In this document: one piece after another, positions 1-19,600 of the stretch
Layout: each line of letters starts with the position of its first letter
Position numbering within the stretch: position 1 is the stretch's first letter
DNA from: Balanoglossus misakiensis
Lineage: Eukaryota > Animalia > Hemichordata
Reading direction: 5' to 3'
Assembly (NCBI GenBank): GCA_040954595.2
Contig: CM082592.2
Coordinates: forward strand, 7,179,677 to 7,243,676
DNA length: 64,000 bases
The notes under the pieces: generated by a model
What the model saw: the letters and a program-made list of their open reading frames with translations, nothing else
What the model was told of the DNA's origin: nothing
Databases searched by the model: none
Made by a program: the position numbers and the translations under genes

Positions 1-154
1 CAATTGAGTTCCGGTTGGGGGGAGTAGCGTCTACAACCTATCCAATTTTCCAGCGGTTTTGTCAGATTTTCTTCAAGTAACGTTAGTAGTAGTAGTTACA
101 TGAAGAAACATGAGCGACCTCTAGTAGCCTGCCATAGAGAAATGCTGTGATTAC

Positions 155-7576
<7,422 letters not shown>

Positions 7577-9342
7577 CGTCCGTACTGACCACTGGTCTTC
7601 AAGAAGTCAATTGAATAGAATGCCCACCCGACAAAAGCACACTCAAGCGAATGGCCTCGATGGTCCGATTTCCATTTTCCTTTCACTCGGTACCATTTAA
7701 AAAGAATTATGGATGAGATGGTACCAGCTGGCACAATCACTGTTGCGTGACAAATTTAGCCTACGTAAAGACTATTCAAGCTGATAATGATGATGATGAT
7801 GACATCGAGAACGTTCAACTCTCGAGAAGAGAAATTAGCGAAAACAATCCTCCGATGACTGGATCCGGATGCGAGAAGAAGAAAAAAGATTCACCGTGAT
7901 GGTGTTGGTTTGACTTAACCATCGTGCGTCCAGTCAAAAGTGAAGATTACCTGTCACAGTCACCGATTTAGAATGCTTCGTCCGCACCCCACCCCAACAC
8001 CATCAGAAACGATCTCGACATTCTTTTGCCATTACCGGTAGGCCTGCATTTGGTTTGCCGTCAGTGCGGGCTAAATGCACTCGGCCGAAACTGGCCCCGA
8101 CAGTTTAGAAGACCCGGACAAAAACCAACCCGGACGAAGAGTGACCAGGCCAAAAATGGGTCGGCTAAAGATCATTGCCATATAAAGCAAACCCAACCTT
8201 TCCTGCCCTTCCGAGTCAAAAAACATTTGAAGTTCACAAAACAGTTACAGCATATAGACACAGAGATAAACATAACCATTTATCATGTCACATAAAGGGC
8301 TTGTTGTCGAACATGACAAATGTTTGTCAAATGTGACAGGGGCTAATGATTTTATTCAATGACGCGCAATTGTTGTTACCCTAGTAAATGTATTGGCTTG
8401 TAACGTCAGATTCCATGCATGGAGGTACCATGGACTTGCCACTCACAATCTGGAATATCAGGTTGGCAGTTTCATAACAGAGGTAAGAATGTTGGGTTAC
8501 CAGAAACACATAACAATCAAATTTGTGCACAAAATGAATATTGATATATATATTTTTCCTGATATTTGTCTGGATACTAAAGACAGACTAGGCACCATAC
8601 CGCATTAATTTTAGCATAAATGTATTTTTTATTAGTTGTTTTTGTTTCTTTGCTCAAGTGCAACGTTATAACTTCAAATGTTGCTCAAATTGGCAAAAAC
8701 AAACAAAATATCACAACAGTATACAACATTTGTTTAAATAATTCCATTCAAATTTACAAGAAGGGGCTACCATACCATTATACAAAATAACAGCTTTTAC
8801 AAATATGGCAAATATGCAAATTAATTCCCAGAAACCCAGGTCACGACCTTGCACGCCTGAGATCAAGAAAAGCCACAAAACACCATTTGTTCTTTGCTTT
8901 GCTGTGAAAAAATTGAAAATTGACCGACTCTTGTTAGGTATACATTTCCAGAGGTAATATTGAATTTTGGCAGACTTGATATCTTGTGATATTTCTCTTG
9001 ATGAGGTGTTTTTCTTCTTCTCTTAATTAATTTGTATCTAATTAAAACGGTAATGGTGAACATTTGTAGGAGGAAATGAAACAGACCTTGTTAATGTACT
9101 TTATATGAAAAATGACTTTTAAGATGACATGGCAGTCACATATTATTCTGAGAATATGGCCTCCGTCACCCTTGGTGTCATTTGTCTCGTCTGCACCGTT
9201 TCTCTCACCCAAACCAAAATAAAAATGTAAAAAAAAAAGAGAAAACCATTTGCCAATAGCAAATAATTTGAAGGGGGCCACATGGATAAAGTTTGGTAAC
9301 ACTTAATACTTAGTTCTGTCTGTTGTGACCTTGATTGTTCAT

Positions 9343-9396
9343 GTTGCCACAGCAACAACATCAGTTGCCATAGTAATAACGCACTGCCATAGCAAC
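9343..9396. promoter_or_regulatory. Three tandem RFX X-box-like palindromes
   Basis: GTTGCCACAGCAAC 9343-9356, GTTGCCATAGTAAT 9364-9377 and ACTGCCATAGCAAC 9383-9396, compared with the X-box consensus GTTNCCATRGNAAC. Confidence 0.5.
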
Positions 9397-10642
9397 AACT
9401 CTATGGATGAAATTTAACTCAAAGTACCAACAAACGCCCACAGTTTGAAAGACGTCAACAATCCAATAATTGACAAATGTGGAGTATATAACTTTGAGAT
9501 ATATACATGCGCTTACACACACACTCAGACACGCTCATCTAACATATATACAAGGGGCATAATGGGATGCATATATTCTGCCCCCAAATATTTGACTTCC
9601 TCAGCAGGCCAGTTTATTAAACTGGAACACAGTCCAAATCCACTGTTTACTATGGTAAGGTTGGACCTCTAAAGAGGGAACTGGGGGTGAAAGGCTTAAC
9701 TTGGCCATTCTGAGTGCTATCACAGTCCCTCTGTTGTGGGACTGTGGTGTTCTCAAAACAGAAGACGGAGATAGAGGCTGACCATTACATACTTCTCTCG
9801 CTTTGCTGACGACGCGGCCACTCCCAAAGTCTACAAACGTTAAACTTGGTTTTCAGAGAGGAAAAAGCGACACCACTACACATACATACACATACAATGT
9901 ATCTATTATTCTGCTACATGGTGATAATTAAATTTGTTTATATAGTATCATTCAGAGTCTCCGTCGAAATGTGCAATCTTACGCTGATCAACAGCTTCAC
10001 TACCATCAGTGTATTTACAAATGAAAGAAAAAAAATGCTCACATACAAAACTGCACACTAACTTTTCAAGTCATGTACCACAAACAACCGGGACCATATT
10101 TCTGTGTTAAAACACTTGTTTGCCTTAATATCTATATTACTTTAACGATATAATGACCACGTTTCTAAAAAAGTCAACTATTTGAGGGAACTGGGTCAAA
10201 GGGCAAACGGTTTCAACATCAACCTCTGCAGAGATGTAATTCAAACTCTGGTTTATATGAATAGAATACGTTGCAAGAACCTCCAAGCACTACACCGTGA
10301 ATCTTTGGGACAGAATACTGTATATCATACATGATTTACACCGGTATTAGAAAAAAAAAATGTGTTGGTTAAATTATCTATTTTTCTCCTTGTGTTTGCA
10401 CATATACGAGCACACGTAGATATTGTCAATATTAAATATAAAGCAAAACATATTCAAATCAATCTTAGAACACTGAATGCCTGTTAGTTTGGGAATTGAT
10501 TTATTGGCAGTGATGCGCCTTCCAGAGGGGGAGGGGTGATGGTGAACAAAAGAACTGTAATTCTGATCACCAGAGGGCGAGCTAACGAGTACAAATCGTG
10601 AATTGCGGGGTTCTTGGAAGGTATTCAAATGACGTGTGTTAA

Positions 10643-13600
10643 TCATATGTACTCTTCGACACTAACAGCACTGTCAGGTGATTCGTCGTGGTTCTTGGAA
10701 GTCGGCGAGTCGGGAGAGTCCCTCTTGGCGCTGATTTTGATGTTAAAATCGTCGCTGAAAATGTGGTCTGATATCGACTTGTCCTTGTCCTCATCAGAAA
10801 TGCTTCCTCGGGTTCTGGGCGTGCTGTCTATGTCAGAGTATCTGCTTGAGTACCTGGAGTGAACGAAACGAGAAGGATTTATTTTTTCATCAGACATGGA
10901 CATTGTGCAGGAGAGAAATTGCTTTCTCCTAAAATGAAAATTCTTCAAAAGATTTCCATACTTTTCAACATCAAAAATTGTCTGGTTCGAATTATTAAGA
11001 CAAACGAGAACGTACACTCTTGTTGCAAAAGTGTGGCGGCCATTTTGGATATCCATCAATATACATGTATAACTAAATCTGACATTATTCTCAATGCAAA
11101 ATAATTCTGTAATGACCAATATTTAAAAAAGAAAACAGAACAATGTCCAGTGACAATTTAACACTGTTTTTAATGTGAATTTCAAATCTGACTTTTTGGA
11201 CAGTACCTGCTGCTAACTGTCGTATTTGGCAACAAATCAGTGTCTCCCTCTGACCCGGATGTAAATGTTCTTGTTCTGGTACTGCTGCTGTATTTGGGCG
11301 TCTCTATACTACTGTAGCTATCGTCCACTCCCTCTGGCGATCGCCGCCTGGAGTACCTCAGCGAGGAGTCGGTGGAGCCTACACTGTCGCCCCGCTCTCT
11401 TGATAAGGGTGTTCGTTTGTGTTTCCGCAGCCATGTGTCAATGTCTCCGTCGCTGTCGGAACCGCTGTGAAAAAGAACAGAGACAGTTCTTTTTTGTCAA
11501 GATAAGTTCTCCCTTGCACTCCCACCTTCATATTATCAAATAAAAAAATAAATAAAAATAAAATAAACATTCAGGGGGAACCAAAGAAATTCGGCATGTG
11601 CTACCTGTCGTCCAAATCGCTGTCTTCCTCCAGCTGATCTTCAACAGCATTTTGTAAATCGTTAATTCTCCTGAATGCCAGTTTCAGATCGGCTTGAAGC
11701 GTCGACTGGGCCCCTTCCAACTCTTCAACTTGGCTCTCCTGCGGGTTGGATGAAAGTGAAATTAATGTAACAGCACACACAACAAACTCTGCTGACACCA
11801 AGACAGAGAAAATCATAAAGCTTCCCTAGGCTAGCACTTATTGAGATCAGTACCCCTTAACTTACCAGTTCATGCTTCTTACGGTTGGCATCGTCTTCTT
11901 TGATCTGCAACTCTAAGAATTCTTCCCTGAGATCTCGTAATTGCTTCTGTAGTTTTCTGTTCAACTCTTGCGCTTGTTGCTCTGAGCTTTTGACGGAGTC
12001 TTTCTCATTACTCAGTTTTTCTTGGCTCTCTTTCAATCTAAAAACTTGTGCCTGCAATACGAATGACCAAGATTATAATGTACAATGCTGCATATATAGT
12101 GAGGAGTGTGCATGCTGGTGTGATACAGACAGTGATTCTCTCTCTCTCCCTCTCTCTCTTTCTGTCACTCTCATGCATACCAGATTCATACACCACCCAA
12201 CATTTATATACACATTCTTGCTCTTACCTCTAATCTCTGTTTATGTGTTTGTTCTAGATCGAGTCTGGAATCCAAATCTCGGATCTTTCCTTCCAGTCTT
12301 GTCACATTACTCCTGTCAACTGTGGTCTCCACTAAATTATTGACCTTCAAATTCAGTTCTGCTACCTGCAAACATCAAACACAAACTTGTTCAAGTCCTT
12401 TCAAACATTTCTCAATCAAAATTCGCTTGTTGAAACTGCACACTTTTTTTTACCATGGTTTTATACAAAGAATGAACATTTCAGTATATTTTTGTCTACA
12501 ATACATGAAGGAATTTATGACCACTGACAACAATTTGGTATTAAAGTATTCGTGGTCTTACCCTCTCCTGGTAACTCTGCTTTTCACCGGTAAGCTCTGC
12601 AATGGTTGTGAGGTGATCATTGATTTCTTGTTGAGCCATGGACGCCTGTGACAGGAAAAAACACACAATGAACACGATTTCATATCTCTTACATGCCTGT
12701 ACAAATATCCCTGTAGCACCCAAATATCCAAAGCCAAATGAATCCAAGTCACTCCACTGACATTTCCCCTTTTGAACTCTGACCTGCACGTCAAACTAGT
12801 GACCTTTGACCTCCCCCTAGAGAACTGCCTGACACCTACTTGATGCACAATTGATTTGTGTTTTCTCATCAGTTCAGCGAAATCTTCTTCCTCATCATCC
12901 AGCTTGCTCTGTAAATCATTATTCTCCCTGGTCAGAGTCATCATTTTATGTTCGGCCTGTAAAATAAAAAAAGTTGTTTCTATAAAATCTTCCACACAAA
13001 ATATAAATTGCAAAAATTGGAGTTAAATCATAAGTACACAATTTGAGTGGATATGTCACAGTTTTAGACAGGTCGACTGTGAGGTAATAGGAGTGTTACC
13101 CCCTGGACACACTCAGATAGCTCTGACCCGATCCAGCTAAAGGGTTAGTGTAAGTCTTTAGTGGGTATATGTCCAGGGGGTAACCACCCTAGAACAATCT
13201 CTTATGTCTGCATTTCCCACTTACTTCTGCTTTTGTTCTAGACACGATGTCCAACTGCTGCTGCAGATCAGCAATTTCCTCTTCCATGCTTTTCCTGGAC
13301 TTCGTGGCAGCCTGGGACATGTACTGGGCTTCCTCCAGCTGCAACGGAAACACAGGTGTTGTGTCGATTCAAACCTGCACACTTTTCAACTCTAGTATAC
13401 CATCGTAACATTATCTTATGCCAAACACCAGATCCATGCTAACATCACATAATAATTGCAGTATAGGGGTATTTCTTTTGTTCCAATGTTCCTACTTTTC
13501 TCACCAGAAATCACCTGACGAATACTACCTGAGCTCTTTCTGGACACAAACACCTTGCCCTATCATCGTTTTCTCACCTCGTGCTGCAGTTGTTTGACGG

Positions 13601-16600
13601 TGGTTTTGCTGATGGCCGACTCCTTCTGTTTATCCAACATGAGCTGGGCGTCGTGCAGCAAGGCTTTGGTTTTCCTCAGGTCCTTCCGCAGCCTCTTCTC
13701 CGTATCCTTGTCGGCCGTCGTCACGACTTCCTGCTTCTCCTTCAACTTTCTCTCCAGTTCCTTCTTCTCCTTCTGGATGCTCTGTTTCTCCATGTACTCA
13801 TCATCCAGCTGTGCTTCCAAGTATTTCACCTGAAATCAAGAATCGTAATGCAGAATCCTCAGAAACCTGCCTCAAACCTTTCCATTCTTCTTAGTTCTAG
13901 TGAATTCATTCAAGCAGACAAATATTCTTTCTGAAATTTAGACGTTTCTGACCCTAACGGCCAGGGCAGCCACACAAAAAAGTGCACCACCAAATGACCA
14001 CCACATATGACCTTTTCACACCATATATGGGCATATGTAAAGAAGTGATTGTACTGCTTCAAGTCTGAAATTCGACAAATGTTAATTTACCCTCTTCTGA
14101 CTGTTAGTCCTGATTTCTTCCACATCCTCTTCCTTGCTGTCCAACTCTTTTTGATAATCCTGTTTCACGTTCTGTAGCTGCATTTCCAGTCGTAACTTGG
14201 CCTGGATGACACCCAAGAAAGAAATCAGATTATAAGCTGGTCCCAAGAAGATATCACAGACGTTAACTCAGCTATTAAAACAAGAATATGGCTTATATTT
14301 TGTGTTAAACACGAAATAAAATTCTCACTACCAGGAAAATCTGCAGCTTGGGGTCATATTTTTGCATCCAATTCCAAGAACAGGACAATGTCACACTCAC
14401 AGAAGGCATGTACCTGTGCTTGCATCAGAACGACTAGTTTGCTCTCACTCATAATTGTAACTGAACAACCAAAACTCACTTGCTCCAACATTTGCACGGT
14501 CCCAGCCTGGTCGTCTAGTTCCTCTTCCTGATCCCTGCACTTCGACTGCAGCTCTCGTATCGTTCTCTTCAAGTCCAGGATCTCGTTCTCGTCCTTGCCA
14601 CCCCTCGACGTCAGGTCCCTCAACTCGGTCTGCAACTGTTCCACTTTGTCCTCCAGTTGGTACACTTCTCCTTTCTTGTCCTGTCGACATACAGAAAGAT
14701 TTTTTTTTTTAAATACTTGCATCGGTTCTCAAGTTTTTGTGGTGGATGGACATACAATGATACATACAATGATACATACATACAATGATACATACAATGA
14801 TACATACATACATACAATGATACATACATACATACATACATACATACATACATACATACATACATACATACATACATACATACATACATACATACATACA
14901 TACATACATACAGACATACATACATACATACCCGGTACATACAGACATACAGACAGCTCCATTGCCATACCATATATAGCAAAGGGGATCTAAAAATAAA
15001 GATTCAATACAACTCAATGCCTATAATAATTTTTAAAAGGGACACAGTAGCTGTAACTTTTCATTATTTTATTATTTTGGTCTCTGCTTGGATAGATGAG
15101 ATGACCAGTAGATACTCACATCAAGCTGACTTGTGAGCTGATAGAGTTCTGTCTCAACGTGTTCCTTCTCGCGTTGCATCTTCTCCTTGGCATGTTTCTC
15201 GGTTTTGGCTTCTTCGTGCGCCCTGGCTAGTTCCGCATCAAACCTGAGGTCGGAAAGACCAAGGACAGATTCAGCACTGACGGTAAAGGGTTGAATGTCA
15301 CACTGTGGGCCTTGAAAATGAACCGCAATACTTACTTTCTTTGTTTTTTCTCTAAGCCTGAATTTCTGGCCTGTTGTGATTCCTGGTGTAGTTTCATGTC
15401 TTGCAGTTCACTCGTCTGTTTCTGGTATTTTCTCTTCAGACTGGCGATTAACCGGCGATCTTCTTCAATTTCTTCAAGTGCTTCAGCCAGCTACACATCA
15501 AGCAAAAATAACATACAGTGTCAGTTGGTGACAGCAGCGAGTCTATACCTTGCAATGCAGTACTAATGAAACTTTCTGTAGTAGGGACTCTAGGGAGGTA
15601 GGTAATGTATGTTGTTGGCAACAGACATCTTATTTCTCTACTCCAGCAAAAACACCCTTACCTTCCGGTCCACGGCTTTCTTGGTCGCCTGAACTTTCTC
15701 AACTTCTTCCTCCTGTTCATTCTGCATTTTCTTCTTGATGAATTCAATCTCTCGCCGGGCTCTCTCGTACTTCTGCCGATAAATCGAGTCCGTCCCTGTC
15801 AAGTTGGTGGAAAGATCATGAGTTATGGGTTCGAAGTGACGCACCAAACACAAACAAAACCAGACGTGCCTACATTTTTTTGGCGAAATAAGAATATATC
15901 CCCTGTAAGAGTTACACACCCCACTCTGATGATTAACCTGCATATGAAATGATCCTATGGCCTCACATGACGGGGGGAAAGTTTACTGAAATGTATGACG
16001 GATCCGGATTCTGTATAATACAGAGTGGGCTTTGCACCAGCAAGCACATGCAAGACCCCTTGCACGGACACACAGACGAGTACTTTTTCAGGGGGTCATG
16101 TCCACAGTATGGCGACCAACCAAAAGGAAAAAAAATATCAGACAGATGCAGAAATATCTACTCTAGAATCTACCAGATGAAAGATGGAATTAGTAAGTGG
16201 AGGTTAGATAATTCAACCATAAAATGTCACCCAAAACTTTTCACATCATGAGAGCAAAAATCCGAGGGAATATGAAATGGACCAGAAACTAGTGGATAAA
16301 ATGCAAGTAAAAAAAGCACCAGGTGTATTGCGATGACACAAGTAAGGTACGTCTTTTTTTTTGCATGAAGCAGTGTTTATTTTCAGCAGCCCAGCCAGCC
16401 AGCCAGACAAACCCGAGATTTAGGTTTTTGGTTTCTACCTCTCTTTATCCTTAGCAGCTGACGAACTACAGGTTTTCCTGGATTTGGAGAATACGGGTTA
16501 CAAACGGAAAAAAGATACATACACGAGTAGGGAGAGAGAATATATGAGCGTGGAAGAGAATATGATCGAGAGAGAGAGAGTGTGAGTTAAAGGAGAAACG

Positions 16601-19600
16601 ATTCCTAAGATTTGCTACTTTGTGTGTTAGGGTTGAAATCTACTGTGGAAATGGTATCATATGTAGTTGTGAAGTTAGAGGTTTTACACTTAGCAATTTG
16701 TTTCAGAAGGAATGGCTAATAGAAAAAGCTCAAAGAATGCATTGGAGAGATTCCAAATTACATTTATAAAATGCTCATTGTATTGCTACTCATAATTTCA
16801 ATTGCTCTATTTTTTTAAATAAATCATAAATTTTCTGAGAGCAAACCAACGATGTTTCTAGTATGTATACTAACCATCAGTTTCTTCATCACTGTCCATG
16901 TCTCCATCAATACTTGACGCTCTGAGTCTCGCCTCCATCACTTCCATCTCCATCTTCTCGTTCTTTCTCTGCAGAGTGTTGTACGAAGTCTGCAAGAACA
17001 AAAAGCACGATTTTTGACAAACTCTTAATAAAAACCCAGCATATCACATATACATTCCTTCAATAAAAACCACACAAGTTATACTCATCTCACATCACTG
17101 CTTATAAAATATGATAATTATCCAGTGTGTATTTATTTTCTTGCCTTGAGATCTTTCAGTTCCTTTTCCAGTCTCATTCTTTCCGCAGTTTCTGCTTCCA
17201 GTACTTCCGAGGCGTGCGTGGCTGTTCCGTGTTCCTCCTGTAGATCCGTGGTCATTTCACTCAGCTGCAAAGGGTGACAGACATATTGAAAATCCTGGCA
17301 TGTAAAACATTTCTCAGAAATCTGATCCAACACTTCAAAGGTATTGAAAACACTGCTTTTCTTCAAAAGATTCAAAACTCCGCCATTTGAAACTGAAATT
17401 CATTAATCTGTAGAGAACTCACCTTTGATTCCATGCGCTCATAGTTCTGTTTCAGCTCGTTTCTCTCTTTCTCCAACTTTTGGAATTTAACTTTCAGCTG
17501 TTCAAGTTCCACCTGCAGATAAAATATAAGTGATCGATCATATTTAATACACGATATCTCAAAACGTTGTTCGCGGTCGTCTATATCACATGAACACATT
17601 CAGTTTTTTAAATAATTCAACTGCTGTCACAAACTATTTTATCAATCCATGTAAAAATAATTCAAAACTGTAAACTTGTGACTTACATCCTTGACTCGAA
17701 GTTCTTCCTCCGTACGATGGACATCTAGCAACGGGGTTACCTTGGTCAGCAGACGCCACCACGACCAATTACGAACTTGAATGTATTTCCGTACGTTGCG
17801 TTGTATACACGTAATTGCTATGGTTTGAATCTGTACAGGCAAGAACAGAATGGAAAAAATACAGGGTCAGACTAAATTTTGGCGCTGGACAGGGTTCAAA
17901 GGTTAATGATACTTGCAGAAATCCAAGTTTGACAGAAATCTAGAAATTTGTGGCCATGATTTTGGACCAAGGTGTAATGTATCCTGATTTTCCAGAAAAA
18001 TCTCACCTTCATTCGTTTGAGTTTCTTCCTACCAAGGAAACCCCTGCAATAGGCCTGAAGGCCTACGATAACATCTGTCAGCTTTTCATCTCTGGCATCT
18101 TCCAACTGACCTAGTGAGCCTGACCTGAAAAATACCTGTTAAGCGGAAAACACAAGTTTTTGTTAATTTCTAGCTGACCAGTCAAGTGACCAGTCAAGTA
18201 TCTTCACCCACACACTCATGACAAGCCACATATAATGACGCATTTCAGAATGATAAAGTCAATATTTCAAATATGACAAAAAGAACTCAACCCGTACCCT
18301 GATATGTTCAAGGTCACACGCCCAATCACCCTATTATCAATCATCATTGGATAAAACCTCAAAACAAATAAAAGACAAATCTCAAATAGCCCTCGGGTAG
18401 AAATAAAGCTGACAAGGTAAGTACACAAAAACGCAAGGTTCCGTGTGGTACAACGAATTGACTGAACAGCGAAGTGAGTAGGAGTGACCTAGATATATTG
18501 AGGTCACACCAGGTAATGCACAGAGAGTTGTCAGGATTATCCAATTCTGTGGAATGAAATGTTTTGGAACAGATTTGACCCTGATGTCAATCATGTGTAA
18601 AGGTCAACTGAGGATATAGGATAAAAAAGAAAACAAAAGAACAACTGTCGCATCTATTCATACAATTGAAAGCATGTCTTTTTGCACTATCACACAAACT
18701 TTCATGTATAAATCATTTGCTTCATCTTTACTCCCATTGATTAAATTGGAAATCCGCTTTAAGCAATCTGTCATCGATATTGAAAGCACACAACATTTAC
18801 AATGGATCGGCTTTGAAATAACTGATTCAACTGTAAGAAACGTGATCCACGTTATTTTCTGAGTTGAGATGAGATGCCATGTGGGGAATCAAGAATCTCT
18901 TTCCAAAGCCTGTCAGCTTCACATAAATGTATGGGGCAAAACCAACCATGTTGACCTTGAACCGTGGAATAAGGTCACTATCATGGGTCATATCACAACC
19001 AGGTGATGTGTGGAGACCACTCCAACATATCAAACTCGAGATTACAACTTCATGAAGAACCACTTCAGGACACTGTGTGGACGCAGAGAGTAAACAAACA
19101 GACATAAAAGAAACAAGTAGAAAACAAATAGAACAGGAATCTTTGTCCTTTTATGTGATTAAAGTGCCATACCACTTCAGTTTGATATGCTATTGCGTGC
19201 CACTCAGATTTTCAACACGTAACTCTTTACTCTGTAAAATTCTCCCTCCACAGAAATTCAGATTTTTGACACACTTTTCTCTCCGAATCTGAGCGTAATT
19301 TAAAAATGAAAATGTACAACTACTCATGTCTGAATAAAGATTGTTGGCATTAAATATTGAATTTTCATCTGAATTTTTTGCTCCTAATATTTTGTTGTCG
19401 AACATCTGGTCCTGACAGATTCCATGGCCATAAATTGAAAATAATCTGGTGTTGAATTCATTGTGGTGTCGGTGATATTTTATAGCCAGTGGTGTAGTAT
19501 GGTGTTTCTATGGTAACAGCATCACCATAGATACGCCATATCTCCAGGTAATTGTGACGTCCTACAAAGGCAGTGTACCACAATAATGGTAATACCTACT

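Noticed and set aside
11290-11330. Apparent stop codon with readthrough context (TAG CTA) in the myosin-18 tail exon
   Set aside because: The TAG is out of frame; the correct frame reads [10 protein letters not shown] through to the donor after 11207.
14595-15017. MYVC/YIHT repeat ORFs
   Set aside because: (TACA)n microsatellite in a myosin-18 intron.
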